Below are positions 63,779 through 64,000 of a stretch of 64,000 nucleotides of DNA, one piece after another. The notes below the pieces were generated by a model. It saw nothing but the letters and a program-made list of their open reading frames with translations. It was not told the DNA's origin and made no database searches. Position 1 is the first letter of the stretch, and the number at the start of each line of letters is the position of its first letter. Both the position numbers and the translations under genes were made by a program. Source of the stretch: Phoronis australis (Eukaryota > Animalia > Phoronida); NCBI GenBank assembly GCA_002633005.1, contig NMRA01000115.1:180309-244308 (forward strand), read 5' to 3'.

Positions 63779-63997
63779 ATGGACGATGTCGATTGGCCTT
63801 CATGTTCCTTTAGAGTTTATTCTGCAAAAATCCGATCACAGAAGCTTTGTGCTTTAGTGAGTTATGTCAAAGACACCACTGAACATTTGAGATACAGGAA
63901 ACTACCTCACAAAGAAAGGCCTGTGCCAGAGTACGAACTCGTACTACCCAGAGTCGGTGAATTTCTGACTGAACAGGACCAGTCATGGAAGAGTCAG
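63779..63997 (+). CDS. Candidate first coding exon of an unknown gene leaving the window
   Basis: AAA ATG G start, 73 open codons (MDDVDWPSCSFRVYSAKIRSQKL...EQDQSWKSQ) ending CAG|GTA; TATATAAAA near 63597. Confidence 0.4.
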
Positions 63998-64000
63998 GTA

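Noticed and set aside
1-64000. CRISPR arrays, operons, rRNA or tRNA genes
   Set aside because: Eukaryotic spliced DNA; no repeat-spacer array or complete structural RNA seen. The only Pol III-like boxes belong to a SINE-like head.

Overview
AT-rich, intron-containing animal genomic DNA; splice signals, microsatellites, MITEs and gene content suggest a marine invertebrate (inference). All gene models were spliced by hand. (1) A minus-strand secreted protein of at least 710 aa (about 6670-18885) with a TATA box, a signal-peptide exon and ten exon-encoded six-cysteine modules, C-x3-C-x14-C-x5-CW-x10/11-C-x3-C. The modules are joined by 21-72 nt linker micro-exons and all introns are phase 1. I cannot assign this module to a known family; it is the main candidate for an undescribed system. 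(2) Head-to-head with it, a ~982 aa type I membrane protein, SP-VWA-VWA-CTL-CTL-mucin-TM (22829-36266). (3) Three tandem LITAF-domain genes with uninterrupted ORFs. (4) A GCKR/MurQ-like gene with an intact 5' half and an apparently decayed 3' half. (5) A decayed hAT transposon with related MITEs, Helentron/HINE-like elements, a SINE-like head and microsatellites. Two duplications flanking single-N gaps are probably assembly artefacts.
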